A DNA stretch of 63,311 bases, the filler included, from Phoronis australis (taxonomy: Eukaryota; Animalia; Phoronida), in assembly GCA_002633005.1 (NCBI GenBank). It is 10 parts of 10 records of this genome, joined end to end, with 100 filler letters (N's around TTAATTAATTAA, not from the genome) between each part and the next. Parts side by side here need not be neighbours in the genome. Positions count along the whole stretch, not along the records: positions 37,811 to 41,113 come from NMRA01003100.1; positions 41,214 to 46,332 come from NMRA01002421.1; positions 46,433 to 49,506 come from NMRA01003244.1; positions 49,607 to 53,319 come from NMRA01002877.1; 6 more parts are not named here. One strand, 5' to 3'. The position numbers and the translations under genes were made by a program. This document shows positions 38,823 to 52,631 of the stretch, piece after piece. The notes below the pieces were generated by a model that saw only the letters and a list, made by a program, of their open reading frames with translations, made no database searches and had not been told where the DNA came from. Position 1 is the first letter of the stretch; every line of letters starts with the position of its first letter.

Positions 38823-40918
38823 TTAATGGCAACCGTGTAGTTGGATTTGAATACACATGCGGTAAACATTACTGGGACAAAAACATATTTTTAAAGGATT
38901 ATCACATTGTTGCAAATGCTCAAAATTTTACCAAATGTTGTTTGGTAATAGCTAAAAGTGAAGTTATATTCCTGAAAAGTCATCTTTGTTGAGAAACTTG
39001 ACAAAATGAATTTCACCTGTACGTCATATTGTGGCCCTAACTGAAAATTTTTTACCATAATAGATAAAGCACACAAAAATTAAACACATTAAAAAGGAAA
39101 AGTTCCAAGTTAAACAACAATACAGCTAGCAAACTAAAATTACCTGTTACTATGGCAACTTAAGAGTTAGCATAATGATAGGTACAACATGTAGGGCTGT
39201 AAGTCACATTGTTGACGGTGGCGTAGCTCTGGTATGGTAAGGAATGAAGTCTGTGGAACGACTTATCCACAAAATTACACAAAACCCTCAAACTACTGCT
39301 TGCATGCTCATCGATGTCACAAAATGTTGAAATTTGTTATTTGATTAAATTTCCGACCACATTATAGTCATTAATTAAGTCTAACCAAATTCTAAACTGC
39401 ATGGGAAAATGTTCATGTGATCTTGTTTTACACCACGAGAAGACAGTGGCAGGTAGCAGTTGACTGAAAAACTACTTTGCTCAATAGTGTATCAGCCGAA
39501 ATGCATTCATCTGAACCTTGCACAATGGGATCTGAGTTCTTTATCTTCATACTAATAGACTCTGTCTCACTTGTGTTTATGTCCACCACTGACACACAAC
39601 TCAGGAGTGTTTAATTTTGAGTGAGTCAGTCTCGTAACACAATAGAATAAATAGAAACGTTTCAAAAAATCTAAATGATTAATCTTCGAGTTAGAAGAGA
39701 TTTCTGGGGATTGCCTGTAATATGTGGTCAATATTTTCTAAATTTTTACCTTTAAAATCACACTCAGTTAAAATATTTCAAATTGACCACTTCTCAACAG
39801 AAGCGTCACCAGACTGCTGTTATAGTAGCCAAGTTGCCAACCAGCTGAAACTTCCCCATGAAACATACCTTAAACCCCCTTGGCCAAATGAAGACACCGC
39901 GGGCAGCCTTATAAACAAGAGCTATTCCACTTGCATCCCAAAAGGCCCCACCCCCACCACCCGTGCGCTCTTTTGAAGTAATCCACATTATATAACATGG
40001 AACTAAATAACAATTTTCATGTTGCACTTGAAGATACCTCAGACATCCTTTCCAATGAAAAGATGAAATTACTGATGCTGAGACCTTCATAGCAACCAAG
40101 TGTTGGCAAAACAGGGATTATCTCTTGGCTCATTTCAAAGTAACTTCATTAACATTCATGAAGTAACTATTTCAAGCATGTCACAGCTCACAGTCATATC
40201 ATTTTGTAAGCAGTGTGTAAAACGAGAGCAGTAAAAGACCACATATTTGTTTTCAGTGCATGCTAAATTTATTTTACCCTAATATTAAAGGACTTAATAT
40301 TTCTTAGGCTGGCATATCATCAAACCACAGACCCAATATTCCCATGAAGCAGATTCGTCAAACTAACCTTCGGTCCAATAATGCAAAAATCCTTCACCAT
40401 GTGTGACATCATCATGTCTGCCAGCAGCTGCTCGTGATAGGCTGTCTTTACAAACTGGTCCCCAGTGTCCAGTGTAGCCCTGCTTCCAGATGACACCTGG
40501 GAGAGAACCAGTCAGTTGAACCAAACAAGATATCTTTACAACCCACTGTATTACTGCTCCTTGAAAAAGGTCACGCACCAAACCAAAATGTTATATGTAT
40601 GTCACTGATCTCAATATATACTGGGAAATGTACAGTAAACGTCAGCAGAAAGGCAATTTGTTTACAGTGCCAAAGTACCCAATCACAAAGATTAATTCTG
40701 GAAGCATTCTAATTTTCTGCCTAATTATTTCAGCTTTATTATTTTTTAGCAAGTTTGTCCTGACCTAAGAACAGAAGACCGGATCTCACGTTATTAACCA
40801 GGCACTCTGACCACTGAGTCATTGTGACCATGCCATACATTTTACTTAAAGTTAGCATGGTTGTAGAGTTCGGTCACTCAGTAAATATCTTGCAATGAGT
40901 AGGAGTAGTTAAATAGAG

Positions 40919-41113
40919 CTTGTGATCTCACTGACTTTATAAGGCGATGCTAGCTTCAAATGAACACTCAAGTGCCTGCTAAAGATTGTACACAGCATAT
41001 TTGGCAACACCTTGTGATCTCATTGACTTTATAAGGTTATGCTAACTTTAAATGAGCACTCAAGTGCTTGCTAAAGATTGTACACAGTTTATTTGGCAAC
41101 ACCTTGTAACACA
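40919..41113. repeat. 92-bp tandem repeat, 2+ copies, cut by the scaffold end
   Basis: CTTGTGATCTCA units start at 40919 and 41011, with a third start at 41103. Confidence 0.85.
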
Positions 41114-41472
41114 NNNNNNNNNNNNNNNNNNNNNNNNNNNNNNNNNNNNNNNNNNNNTTAATTAATTAANNNNNNNNNNNNNNNNNNNNNNNNNNNNNNN
41201 NNNNNNNNNNNNNACGCCAGTCAAAATGAACGAAAGCAGATATCTGTAGGTCTTTGTGACAAGTATCGTAACTTTGGAGAGCAGCTTTCCACAAGTGTTT
41301 GCAATATATATTATCAAAGAAATAATTGCAGGCGGTCTGATACACGTTGTACCAGACGTGCGCAGGCCGCGCATGTGGGCCCATGGCACTGATCACCTGG
41401 AAATATTTTTGTGCTTTATTAATATATAGTTAAAACCGAGCTGAGGAGCTAGAAACCTGACTCAAAGGTACA

Positions 41473-41551
41473 GCAGTGTGGCCCAGTGGGACTCGAACTC
41501 ACGACCTCGAGTAAAGAAGGCGGGCACCATCGGCGCACTGGGCCACACTGC
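41473..41551 (-). mobile_element. tRNA-like or SINE-derived element closed by a perfect 16-bp inverted repeat
   Basis: GCAGTGTGGCCCAGTG (41473-41488) and CACTGGGCCACACTGC (41536-41551); minus-strand B-box GAGTTCGAGTCC. Confidence 0.55.
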
Positions 41552-42271
41552 ATCCTCACAATGTTTGCAAAACATATCAATGCTAAGTTTTTTCCTGAGA
41601 CGAGAACACGTGGTTTAGAATCGTGGGTGTTCGGAGGAATGTGTCGCTCGCAAGCTCGTAATTACGACCGAGATTTCGCACGTGTTTCACAACTGCAATG
41701 CCGCGTTATATCCCGCCATGACAAACTGTTTGTAGATCACGTGAGCTCTGTATACTATGAGCGTAAGATTGAATGTCCCACGATACGTTGACACTGAAGG
41801 CAACTCAGTATAGAATATGAAAGTTTCATATCTATCCAGTCAGCCAGTTGTGAGATATGATGTTGAGAAGGTAACCAAATTTGGCCATATTTATGGTCCT
41901 ACATAGTTTTATCATCAGATTATTCAATGTTACAAAAGTCGTACATGTATTCTACGAGAGCAAAATACGACCGAAAATTACGTGCGAAAAATAGCGAGCG
42001 TAAAATTATGAGCGTAAAACTTCTTGAATACTTACATGACTTACAAACCAATTTCTCAATGGATATAACGATTACAGTCGTAAAACATGAGCGAAATCTC
42101 TGTCTTAGTGACACTTTCCCTCGAACGGCCATGGTACATGGGTGTACATTGCAATTACGGGCAAGGTTCCTGCTATTAACAGCCACGATAAAGCGTACTG
42201 TCACGGTAGTGGACGGGTTCGTGCCACGCCTAGTCCCTTGGCTGGAATAATACGGGTCTTGGCTATATATA

Positions 42272-42369
42272 CATAGGCGGATTTAGGGGGGGCCCAGGGG
42301 GCCCGGGCCCCCCCCCTTGGCTGCCGCAAAAAAAAATAAAACAGTAAGAGCGTAGGGAAATATTTAAAT
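42272..42369. mobile_element. GC-rich MITE terminus running into the gap
   Basis: CATAGGCGGATTTAGGGGGGGCCCAGGGGGCCCGGGCCCCC follows a (TA)n run; poly-C on the far side of the gap. Confidence 0.45.
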
Positions 42370-43312
42370 NNNNNNNNNNNNNNNNNNNNNNNNNNNNNNN
42401 NNNNNNNNNNNNNNNNNNNNNNNNNNNNNNNNNNNNNNNNNNNNNNNNNNNNNNNNNNNNNNNNNNNNNNNNNNNNNNNNNNNNNNNNNNNNNNNNNNNN
42501 NNNNNNNNNNNNNNNNNNNNNNNNNNNNNNNNNNNNNNNNNNNNNNNNNNNNNNNNNNNNNNNNNNNNNNNNNNNNNNNNNNNNNNNNNNNNNNNNNNNN
42601 NNNNNNNNNNNNNNNNNNNNNNNNNNNNNNNNNNNNNNNNNNNNNNNNNNNNNNNNNNNNNNNNNNNNNNNNNNNNNNNNNNNNNNNNNNNNNNNNNNNN
42701 NNNNNNNNNNNNNNNNNNNNNNNNNNNNNNNNNNNNNNNNNNNNNNNNNNNNNNNNNNNNNNNNNNNNNNNNNNNNNNNNNNNNNNNNNNNNNNNNNNNN
42801 NNNNNNNNNNNNNNNNNNNNNNNNNNNNNNNNNNNNNNNNNNNNNNNNNNNNNNNNNNNNNNNNNNNNNNNNNNNNNNNNNNNNNNNNNNNNNNNNNNNN
42901 NNNNNNNNNNNNNNNNNNNNNNNNNNNNNNNNNNNNNNNNNNNNNNNNNNNNNNNNNNNNNNNNNNNNNNNNNNNNNNNNNNNNNNNNNNNNNNNNNNNN
43001 NNNNNNNNNNNNNNNNNNNNNNNNNNNNNNNNNNNNNNNNNNNNNNNNNNNNNNNNNNNNNNNNNNNNNNNNNNNNNNNNNNNNNNNNNNNNNNNNNNNN
43101 NNNNNNNNNNNNNNNNNNNNNNNNNNNNNNNNNNNNNNNNNNNNNNNNNNNNNNNNNNNNNNNNNNNNNNNNNNNNNNNNNNNNNNNNNNNNNNNNNNNN
43201 NNNNNNNNNNNNNNNNNNNNNNNNNNNNNNNNNNNNNNNNNNNNNNNNNNNNNNNNNNNNNNNNNNNNNNNNNNNNNNNNNNNNNNNNNNNNNNNNNNNN
43301 NNNNNNNNNNNN
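42370..43312. other. Sized scaffold gap (943 N)
   Basis: Pure N run without the linker core. Confidence 0.97.
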
Positions 43313-45096
43313 CCCCCCCCCCCCCCCACGTTCTCATCATCGTCTTGCACCGCACACTGATAAGCTTTGCGCCAGGTAGAATAACCAACGAGAAAGTCGC
43401 GCGTACAGTGTACTTTACTAATAGAACGAACGTATCACCGTAACAGGAAAGATGCTGCATAACTCGAAGTGGCTCCTTGGGTCTCCGAGGAAAACTTGAC
43501 TCTTTGTATCAGTTGTTGGCTTTGGAAATGTTCCACGCAAGTCTTTACTACAATTTATACAGAGTGTGAAGGTATAACTATTAATGAATACCTCAGTGCA
43601 TGACCTCGGTGACTTTACTGAGGGTACTAAATTACCCGTACTACACCACACTTCTGAAAGTGATTTTAGATATTGTTTTCAAGATACATATGATGTATTC
43701 GAACTGCAAATTGAGTCGTTATATTCAATGACCAAAAACATTGGTACAAGTATTAAAATCATCTGCACGTCGTACGGCCCCGTGGAAAGGCATTTACATG
43801 TATGAGCCCAAACAGAATTTTCAATATATTTGCATGTATCTACCTCCAAAGGAGCTCCAGTAAATTTACTGGCCATAAAAACACCGGTGAAAACATCAAA
43901 ATAATTAATTTTTCTTCAAAATTAAAAAATCGAGACTTTTTGGCATAAAAGCTGCTTATTTACGGTATTCACTTCGAATTAGCTAACTGAAACACTTAAA
44001 ACTAAGAAAATGCATTGTGGGAACTCTTTAACTTCTCAGCTGGTAATCGCATTAGTTTTTCCGTTATGACAGCTTACTCATGTGAACGGAGTCATCTCTG
44101 GCGAAGATGTTGAATTACATGGGTTACTGAAAAAAACGACTTCAGTATTTGAAATAAAACGGTTTAATTTCATCGCACGATGGCAGTTTAATATTTCATC
44201 GGTTTATTTTTCCCGATTAGCTCAGTAATGAATTTTGAGTACCTCGAATTTTGGATTTCGGTTTGTACACAAAAAAATCATTGTTATGTTTGATTTTTAT
44301 GTTCCTCGTGTTTGCTATGGAATAGGAAATATAGTGTTACCAACTTGGATTTTGATGTTTTTATCTCAAACAATATGAATGTGCTTTGATATTCAAGATC
44401 CTGATTGCCCCTCGCCCCCTTCAATTCACTACATAGGAGTTGGGTTATATTGTTGGTGTGGGAAAGTAAGACAAGAACTTTCTTCCTTAGTAAGTTACAT
44501 ATAAAGTCTACTCTTGTGTTTATGCATATTCTTCTGTTTAGTATGATGACGGTCGTTGTAAAATTTGAAACCGCGTACTGTACAAAAATTCAAAACAAAA
44601 TCAATGTTTTTAAATTAAAAAAACGTTTTATTTCAAAAACTGTTTCGTGGAATACTTTTTAACCGATATACAAATTAGTGACAAAAACAATAGGAGTAAT
44701 ATAAAAAATACTAATATGTCGAACATTATGATTTGCAAAAGATTACAAATATTCTAATGACATGGACTCTGCCAAAAACACCTATTCGACCCTTCACAAC
44801 CTAATGTGATATGCAACAAAAATAATTTTCAGTAATTGTAGAAACGTTATTATTACGTCCCTACAAAGTATTGAAAATTTACGTGGGAAAAGTGTATGGA
44901 AATCATACCGTAAATAATGCGCTTACAATTAGGAAGTCATGCATTTCTAGATATGCGGGAATTTTCACTGCTCATCCTTCTTTTACCAGGATCAACTAAG
45001 AGAGCGCGGCGCCGGAGTCGGGTAGTGGGATGACCGCATTGCCCGATGGGAGCAAGACCCAATTAAGTGTAATTACCCGACCATAAACTGTATTAA

Positions 45097-46332
45097 AGTG
45101 GCATGGACCGCGAAAACTCGTGAAAAATACGTTTTAAACGATCCCTAACCAAAGTACCTTCCCTCAACCTTTACTAAAAAGTTATTCACTTCCCCCTGAG
45201 AAGGAATTTACAGAAAAAATGACCCAATTCATGGTTTTTGAAAGAAGTACGAAGAAAAGCTTGTATGGTAACCACCTATACCTGCTTATCATCCTTTCAC
45301 TTATTATAAATGCGCGCATGCGCTCAGTCATTCGACAAACGAACAGCTGATTCAGTGTCAAGAGTGTTGTGGAGTGAATACTTTGCCACCCAATGTGCTT
45401 TATACCTCGTGCCGTGTATTTTGTGCCTACCTCTACGATTCTTCATGATTGGACCATTACTTGAGATTTGATCATGCTGATCTGCAGTGGACTATTATTT
45501 ATTTACACTACGTGTCAGAGAACGGTGCTGCGCTAATAATCGCTAACGCAGTTTTGCAAGACAATACGAGACAAGATGTCGGACAGTGGAAAGCTGGGCA
45601 AGAAAATGGGGCTTTCGTCTAAGCTAACCGACTCAGTTAGAAAGAAAAGAAGGCAAGTCTTGCAGCTGAAAGTTAATAAACGACGCATTTATCTGGGTAC
45701 AGAGCACTGCCGCTGGGAATCTCTTATAGAAGTGAGCTATCCGTCACTAATTCCGAGCTGGCCAAACGATAGCTTGATCATGCGTACGGTAAGTACTTGT
45801 TCGGTCCTGCATACTTCGGTAGTTATCGGGACATTGCGCGGCTCCAGCTTATTAAAAACCACCTCGATCCAATAAAGTAATGATCCGAGAACTCACTGAG
45901 AAAGTGAAGAGTGTGAAAGTTAAACTGTCAGACATAAAATTCACCGAGTTGCATTGTCTGTTGACATTTAGCTAAGCGGCTAAGCCTATACTTGTGGCTG
46001 AGCCTATGACCTACTTTTGTTGACGACTTGTTTAGTTGTTTGCAGTTGATAATTCTTGAAACACTAAGAGAAATTGCAAAGCATTATTACTTTGAGATAG
46101 TACCACCGTTTCAACTGACTGCAGTAGAGATGGCAGTTGTCCAATGGGCCCTCCACCAGTTGGAAGTTTTTTTTGGCGAATTGTGCCACATTGATTAAAC
46201 CATCGAAGTCATGTTGCTGCAACGAACTTTTGCAGATAGGGGGATATCTTAGGGGAATGGTAATGTCTTAAACTCTTCCCAGCTCGGTCAAATACGAACG
46301 GGCATTAGGAGTCAATTTTCTGTCCTTCGTTA
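45097..46332 (+). mobile_element. Kolobok-like DNA transposon 5' end with a degenerate first coding exon (45576-~45790)
   Basis: TTAA|AG terminus at 45093-45098; NRF1-like GCGCATGCGC at 45314; peptide KKRRQ...NKRRIYLGTEHCRWESL../TNSELAKR recalls the RINIG..F.RW..L...SDAEVA..LLD motif of Kolobok-associated ORFs; followed by gtaagt. Confidence 0.5.
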
Positions 46333-46859
46333 NNNNNNNNNNNNNNNNNNNNNNNNNNNNNNNNNNNNNNNNNNNNTTAATTAATTAANNNNNNNNNNNN
46401 NNNNNNNNNNNNNNNNNNNNNNNNNNNNNNNNTAGGAATGGCTAATGTGCCTATCCAAGGCGCGTGAATACGACAACTTGAGTCCCCTTCATGTACTGAA
46501 ATAATCTAAAGGCAACATGTGTAATGATCATGAAAGGTAACGGTGGTTATTCACCGGTCGTGTTTGTTGTGAGTTTTCAGTAATGTCCTTCATATAATGT
46601 TAATTTTGACCCTGAATAGTGTGTAGAGTGTCAGATATACTACATGTAAGGATGTTACTCATCAAGTTGTAGTGGGTTCACATTCAACAGGACACTGCTT
46701 CACTGTAGATTGCAGAATAAAACTCAAAGGTTTCTGGTATTGAAGATGTTTTTTTACATAACTGGGAATTCCATTTAGTTGGTTCTATTAATTTGTTCTC
46801 TTTATTGAATGCGCTTGTGTTGCAAAAATTTCTTCATAGATCAATGTGACTTCTTACAG

Positions 46860-48704
46860 AGACTACCTAGCTTTAAATGTCTATGTGGCCCTGTGCTACT
46901 ATAAGCTGGATTACTACGATGTGTCTCAAGAGGTATTGGTGGTTTATCTTCAACAACATCCTGACAGTGCCATAGCCGTCAACTTGAAGGCCTGTAACCA
47001 CTTCAGGCTCTATAATGGCAAGGCAGCTGAGGTGAGGATAGCATCCACAGTCAAACTGTGCACGATACTTGATTTCATCGACTTGGAGAGAAGGAATAGA
47101 TTATTTGATAAGAAAATTTAATATACTTATTAATAAGCTTCTATTGTTTTACTTTGAGATTGTTTTCTGTGTTTGAAGTTCTCACTTTTAAATTTCCAGC
47201 TGTGGCTTAAAACCAAAGTTATGTTTTCTGTTGTTTAGCTCTGCAATATCTGGTTGTGGATGCATCTGTTGTGTTTTGCAAGGATAAGATAAGAGATGAA
47301 TGTCCGTTTGGACAAGAGCAGTCGTCTGATTTATACAACCATTGTATGTATTCCTTTTGCTTCTACATTTTTAGGCTGAGTTGAAGAGTTTACAAGAGAT
47401 GGCCTCTCCATCTTTTACTTTTGCCAGAGATCTCATCAAGCATAACCTGGTATGTAGCTCTGTCAACTGGTGTTGGCGACTTCTTAATTGCATAAATAAG
47501 TAGCAATATCACTCGTGTCAAGGATAAGTAATGGAGATATTCCATAATCCAGAGTTCAAATTTGAAGTGGAGAATGTGCAGCCAACAAGGGAAACATGGG
47601 GACTGAAGAAATTCATGATTTCAAAATATTACTATTGTAGTGTTGACTAACAACTACAAGAACAGCTTAGCAAAGTTAATCGCTATGGATAAAAGGTAAC
47701 TTTTGAGTTCTCCTCTTGTGGGCATTGGGAACCTGCGTGTTGTGAACTTTACTCCAATCATATTACAAATTGCGCAGTTTCACTCAAATTTGATCTCTTG
47801 ATGACTGGTTCACGCTTTCACTTTTTATTTTGAAAAATTGAAAGCTTCAAATTATTTTTATTTTCTGTCAAATTTCTATTTTTCCTTCCAAGTATATGCC
47901 AGATACACTTACAACTACCCTTCAAATGATGGTATTATTGTCTAGATTCATTGCACAAACTGGTAAGTGATTATGGCATAATGCGTCATCTTACCATCTC
48001 TAGGTGGTGTTCCGTGGTGGTGAAGGTGCATTACAAGTGTTGCCGCCTCTTCTTGACATCATACCCGAGGCCAGGCTCAACTTGGTTATCTACTACCTGA
48101 AGCAAGGTTGGTCTTGGCAATGTGTAGCATGGTTTTCATTATGTGGTGACTTGTGCCTCCTAAAATTACTTCTTGTAATACATTTCTTAGCTAAATGGTA
48201 AAGTAGCTCTCACTATCACAAGTTTTGTTCTTAGCCTCGTTTTTGACATATGTAACATGGTCCTATCTGGGGCGTATACTTCTCCTTCATACAGCGATTT
48301 AGCAATAATAATTAGTTTTTTTACATAAATGGTATCCAGTTATCTAAAAAGTCATTTTAGTTCCTATTATTTACCCACGCATCCAGAAATCCTGGAATTT
48401 TTCTTAAACAGCATATCTTGAAAGCTTAGTTTATTTTTTCCTATTGTGCTCTTGCTTGTTAAGCATCTGATTAATTTCTATATTTTCAAAAGTAACTATC
48501 ATTTTGTTGCATGACTTAATGTTTGGAGATCTAAGATATATGTGTTACAACAACTGCTTTCTGTTAAATCTGTTCTTTTCTAACTTATTTCTAGATGATG
48601 TGAATGAGGCTTATGCGTTGATCAAAGATCTAGAGCCCACGACTCCCCAGGAATACATCCTGAAGGGTGTGGTGAATGCTGCACTGGGTCAGGAGCAGGG
48701 CTCG
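46860..48704 (+). CDS. IFT56: Intraflagellar transport protein 56 (TTC26/DYF-13), four internal exons: 46860-47031, 47375-47449, 48004-48106, 48595-48704
   Basis: [26 protein letters not shown]...[14 protein letters not shown]|AELKSL...LIKHNL|[29 protein letters not shown]|[33 protein letters not shown] is near-identical to TTC26; GT-AG ends and phases are consistent. Confidence 0.96.
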
Positions 48705-50449
48705 GTCAGTAGACATAAGTTGTTTCAATAGAACTCCCTGCGTATATCGTATCATAATCGGCCATGTTAACCCTCCAAGAAACTAAATATCACAGAGTAC
48801 ATTTAGCCGAGGATGAACGTTTAGAAATGAAAGTTTTTACCTTAATCTTGTCAGTTGATCCACATTATTTTCTGGGAGATGAATTTATGTCTGCCACTTC
48901 ACATGCAAGAGTCGAATAAAACATTGGCGGCATATAGGCTATGTACTGTTGGTTAGTTGCAGGTAAGTGTATTGCATGAGTTTGGAGCTGGCAGGCTGAC
49001 ATGGGTGTATTTGAAAGAATAAGAAGTCCAGAGTACATAGGGAAATAACGTATATGGGTGTTAATTAACAAAAATTCTGACATTTGGGGACTGATGCTCA
49101 TTCAAAATCAGTGTCGACTGCAGTGAGGACATTAATGTGATTAGATATTAGAATTTAAATTTTAAGTTACCTTAAGTGCTGCTTTGTTGGGTCAAAAATG
49201 ATCACCTTCAAAGTAAGATAAAATAAGAATGTAGCAGTTTATTTAGCCAAAAATATCACCCATGAACACCAGTAAGTGTAGAAAACAAGACATGTTAACT
49301 TGCCTTATTTCACATCTCAGTTTTGTGTGACCCTTGTAAAATCAAATCAAAACATTCAAGACTTACCAGTCTGTATGGTAACAATCGTATCGCTTAAATA
49401 TACCTTTAATAATCTTGGGTTGATAAAATTTATGTACACATAGTTTCTGGTTGATGATGGGTTGTTAGTCGGTGTGTATGGCATACTCAATCCTTGATAG
49501 ACTTTANNNNNNNNNNNNNNNNNNNNNNNNNNNNNNNNNNNNNNNNNNNNTTAATTAATTAANNNNNNNNNNNNNNNNNNNNNNNNNNNNNNNNNNNNNN
49601 NNNNNNTCTTTAAAGATTACTTTAATCAAACAACCAAAACAATCAAATGTCTTATCTGCTATCCAAGCTAGGACTCTCCACTACACACACACTGTACAGC
49701 GACAGTGTACTTGCTGGTCACCGTCTCTGGTTATGCAACACTTGCGGGCAATTTCTTCTACCTGCGACTCTTCTTGCTGGTCACAGTCTCTGACTGATGA
49801 CGTAACACTTCAGGTAGTATCTTACTACCCACAATGCGAGTGACAAACTCTTAGTTAACTTCCGGTTCGTTAACCCTTGCCCTTGCCAAGATCCTTTCTA
49901 GAATCTTCCACGAGATGGCTCTGTCGTACAACTGCTTCTGTACACTGTAGCAAGTCTTTATGCTTCAACTACTTTAGCGCATCTAATTATCTTGTTGATT
50001 TCAGCCCATGATATAACATTCTACTTATTTAGTGATTGGCTAATAAAAACCACATGATCATATCCACTCGTATTATTGGGTGCTACAATTTGTTCTCAGA
50101 ATATTCTAGAATCTCTAGAGTACTTTGACCCCAGAACCCAAAGTTGTAAACACCATCTAAAAATAGATTTTGACGTTAAAATACATGTCAACAAGTCTGA
50201 CCCCATGATTTAAAAGTACATATGCACAAATTTTGGGCAACTTAAAATGGATCTATTCTTACTAATTACTTAATCAATATTTATTCTGACANCTGTGTAC
50301 CTGGTTATTCTACAACCTGGGAAGGTTGCAAAGTAAAACGAAGGAAGGAGAGTAAGATTGTTAAGTTTTCACGATCATTGGTTCAGATTTTAAGATTCAC
50401 TTTGATCTAAATAGAGTAACGTAATAATTATGTATTTATTGTCTTTCAG

Positions 50450-52501
50450 GCCGTCCTTGGAAGAAGGAAGAGTTACGTATCAAAAGTAACAGTGACCTTC
50501 ACAAATTATGGTGAGACTTTCCTGGAATCTTTATGAAGTTTGTCACGTTAATTTGTTAGCCATACTACAATGTGAGATTCAGAGAGTGTCTCTCTTGGTG
50601 TTGAGCTGAAAGTCTCTATGCGGCCATCCTTCAAAAAATTCCCAGTCTCACCCATAATGAAGGAAGATCTAAAACCATTTACCATTGGAGACACTAAAAT
50701 TAGCTGGAACTGTAGCTAATTAAACAAAGCGTGTGTTATTGAAGCCATAAGCGAGCTTGGTTGCTGATGTAAAACCAGATAGCACAGTCTGTGAACGATT
50801 CTGAGCCAAAAATGTACAAGGCAATGTGATAATGATTGTATATAGCTGCCGTTTTGGACCGCACCACAGTCTAAAAGTATGATTTTTTTCATCATTTTTA
50901 CAATGGAAACAAACCACATTTACTGATTCGGGAAGTTACAGCTTTAAAATCAGCTTTGACTTGTGTTAGAACAGGCTCGTTTTGGAAAACTAATGGACTA
51001 TAGGTTGCTCAGGCCTTTCCTGTTATGTTATGTCCGTAGAAGAGAAGGACACTAAAACCACTGAGAAGGAACCAACTGGTTTGTAGTTTTTGCATCATTC
51101 CTCATTTTTCACAGGAAGTCATGGCCTGTGAACGAACAACATAAAACATGCATTTGACAGTAATAATGTGGATTTTAAACTCCGTACTCCCCTTTTCAAG
51201 GGCCCAGGGTCTAATCTTTGTATTCGAAATCGGGCTGTCTAACCCTAGTTTGCTTTTAATGACACCAGCATTTAAGCTAAAAGTTTGAATCCGAACTAGA
51301 AATTAAAGTTTTTACACCATAACTCGAGTTTTTAGCTTAAACTTAGAGTTCATCCAAGTGCAAACTAGAAATAGGCAGCAGTCCATCTAACAGGGCTTGG
51401 AATTTTCCGCGGAAACGCGGATTTCCGCTTTTTTGAAATGTGCTTTCCGCTTTTTTTATAATGTTTCCGCATAAAAAAATCGGATTTGATATGAAATTTC
51501 CGCGGCAAATTCCTTTCTTACCGCCGCGTTGCAGACGACGTNCGGGCGAGCGAAAAGGACGCAGACGCATGCTACTGATGGTGGTAAGGTTTTTTGTTTT
51601 TTTTTTAGTCCTCCCGATTTTTGTCGCGGAAAGGTTCACATTGACCATTTCAAAGGCTGGTTATCGGGCATGATAAGTTTCCGCTTTTTTGTCATTGGTC
51701 ATTCCAAGCCCTGATCTAAAGCAGAATGTACTCTAGCACTGAATAATTGAATATCTCAGTTCTCCCAATAATAGAACAGAATGGATCAAAAATATTGTTT
51801 GGGTTTCATTTTGAGAACATAGATTAGACCCCAAGTTCAGGTGTTGCACAATTATTTTGAGCAACACTGTTTTGTTTTAGAATTACATCTATGAAAACCT
51901 GCAAATACCGCTATCGAGCGATTTCATGTAGACAATAGAAAGCATATCGGCGTAGACATCGGCCAATGTTCCCCACTGGGAACTGTCGGTACTGCACATG
52001 TCATTGCCGGTAACGTGATGGTTAATTCTCTGGTTCACACGAATGTGATGAAATGATGAATTCACATTACGTATTCTGCTTAACACAAGTCGTATTTTAA
52101 TTATGAAAGAAAAACGAAAGCCTTTATACTATTTACATGACACAGTTTTAAAGAAGAGATAACTTAGCACTTTGGAATGGACAAGACAATTTCGTCAGTG
52201 ATATTGTCAAGAGGTGTCCCTGAAAAGTGTTATAGATCGATTGTTTGCTCACTGTGAGTAAGTCCGCCACAGAAGTAGTAGCCATCTTTGGCACTGATTC
52301 ATACCAGTCCTGCAAAAAGGAACACCTAGTGCAACTAGGCTAGTGGTGGTGGACATTTTTATCTGATATCGATTCATGTACATTTAACCAGTGGTTAATT
52401 ACAGGTATGTTTTACTGAAAGAGATGAATATGCTGTTAACGATGCAACAGGAATATAAACGGCAGTTGGAACTCTTTCCCAATCCTGAAAGGTTGGAAAA
52501 G
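50450..52501 (+). CDS. MRPL47: Mitochondrial ribosomal protein uL29m (MRPL47), two internal exons: 50450-50510 and 52405-52501
   Basis: (G)[20 protein letters not shown]|[32 protein letters not shown] is the uL29m signature. Confidence 0.94.
51391..51713. mobile_element. hAT-like MITE with 13-bp TIRs and a 6-bp TSD, in the MRPL47 intron
   Basis: ATCTAA-CAGGGCTTGGAAT...ATTCCAAGCCCTG-ATCTAA; single N at 51542. Confidence 0.85.
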
Positions 52502-52631
52502 GTAGGCCTCTTAACTGACCCTTTTATCATAGACCTTCTGTTAGCGACAATTCCTATCATTGTGGACACATCAGGACGAGTTAGGAAAAGTTGTATTCAC
52601 TGAAAACGTGTTGTGGATGCCATTTTGTAAT

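Noticed and set aside
42201-43460. 419-aa and 328-aa ORFs
   Set aside because: Read-through of the N gap
46860-52501. IFT56-MRPL47 gene linkage
   Set aside because: Separated by an artificial linker at 49507-49606
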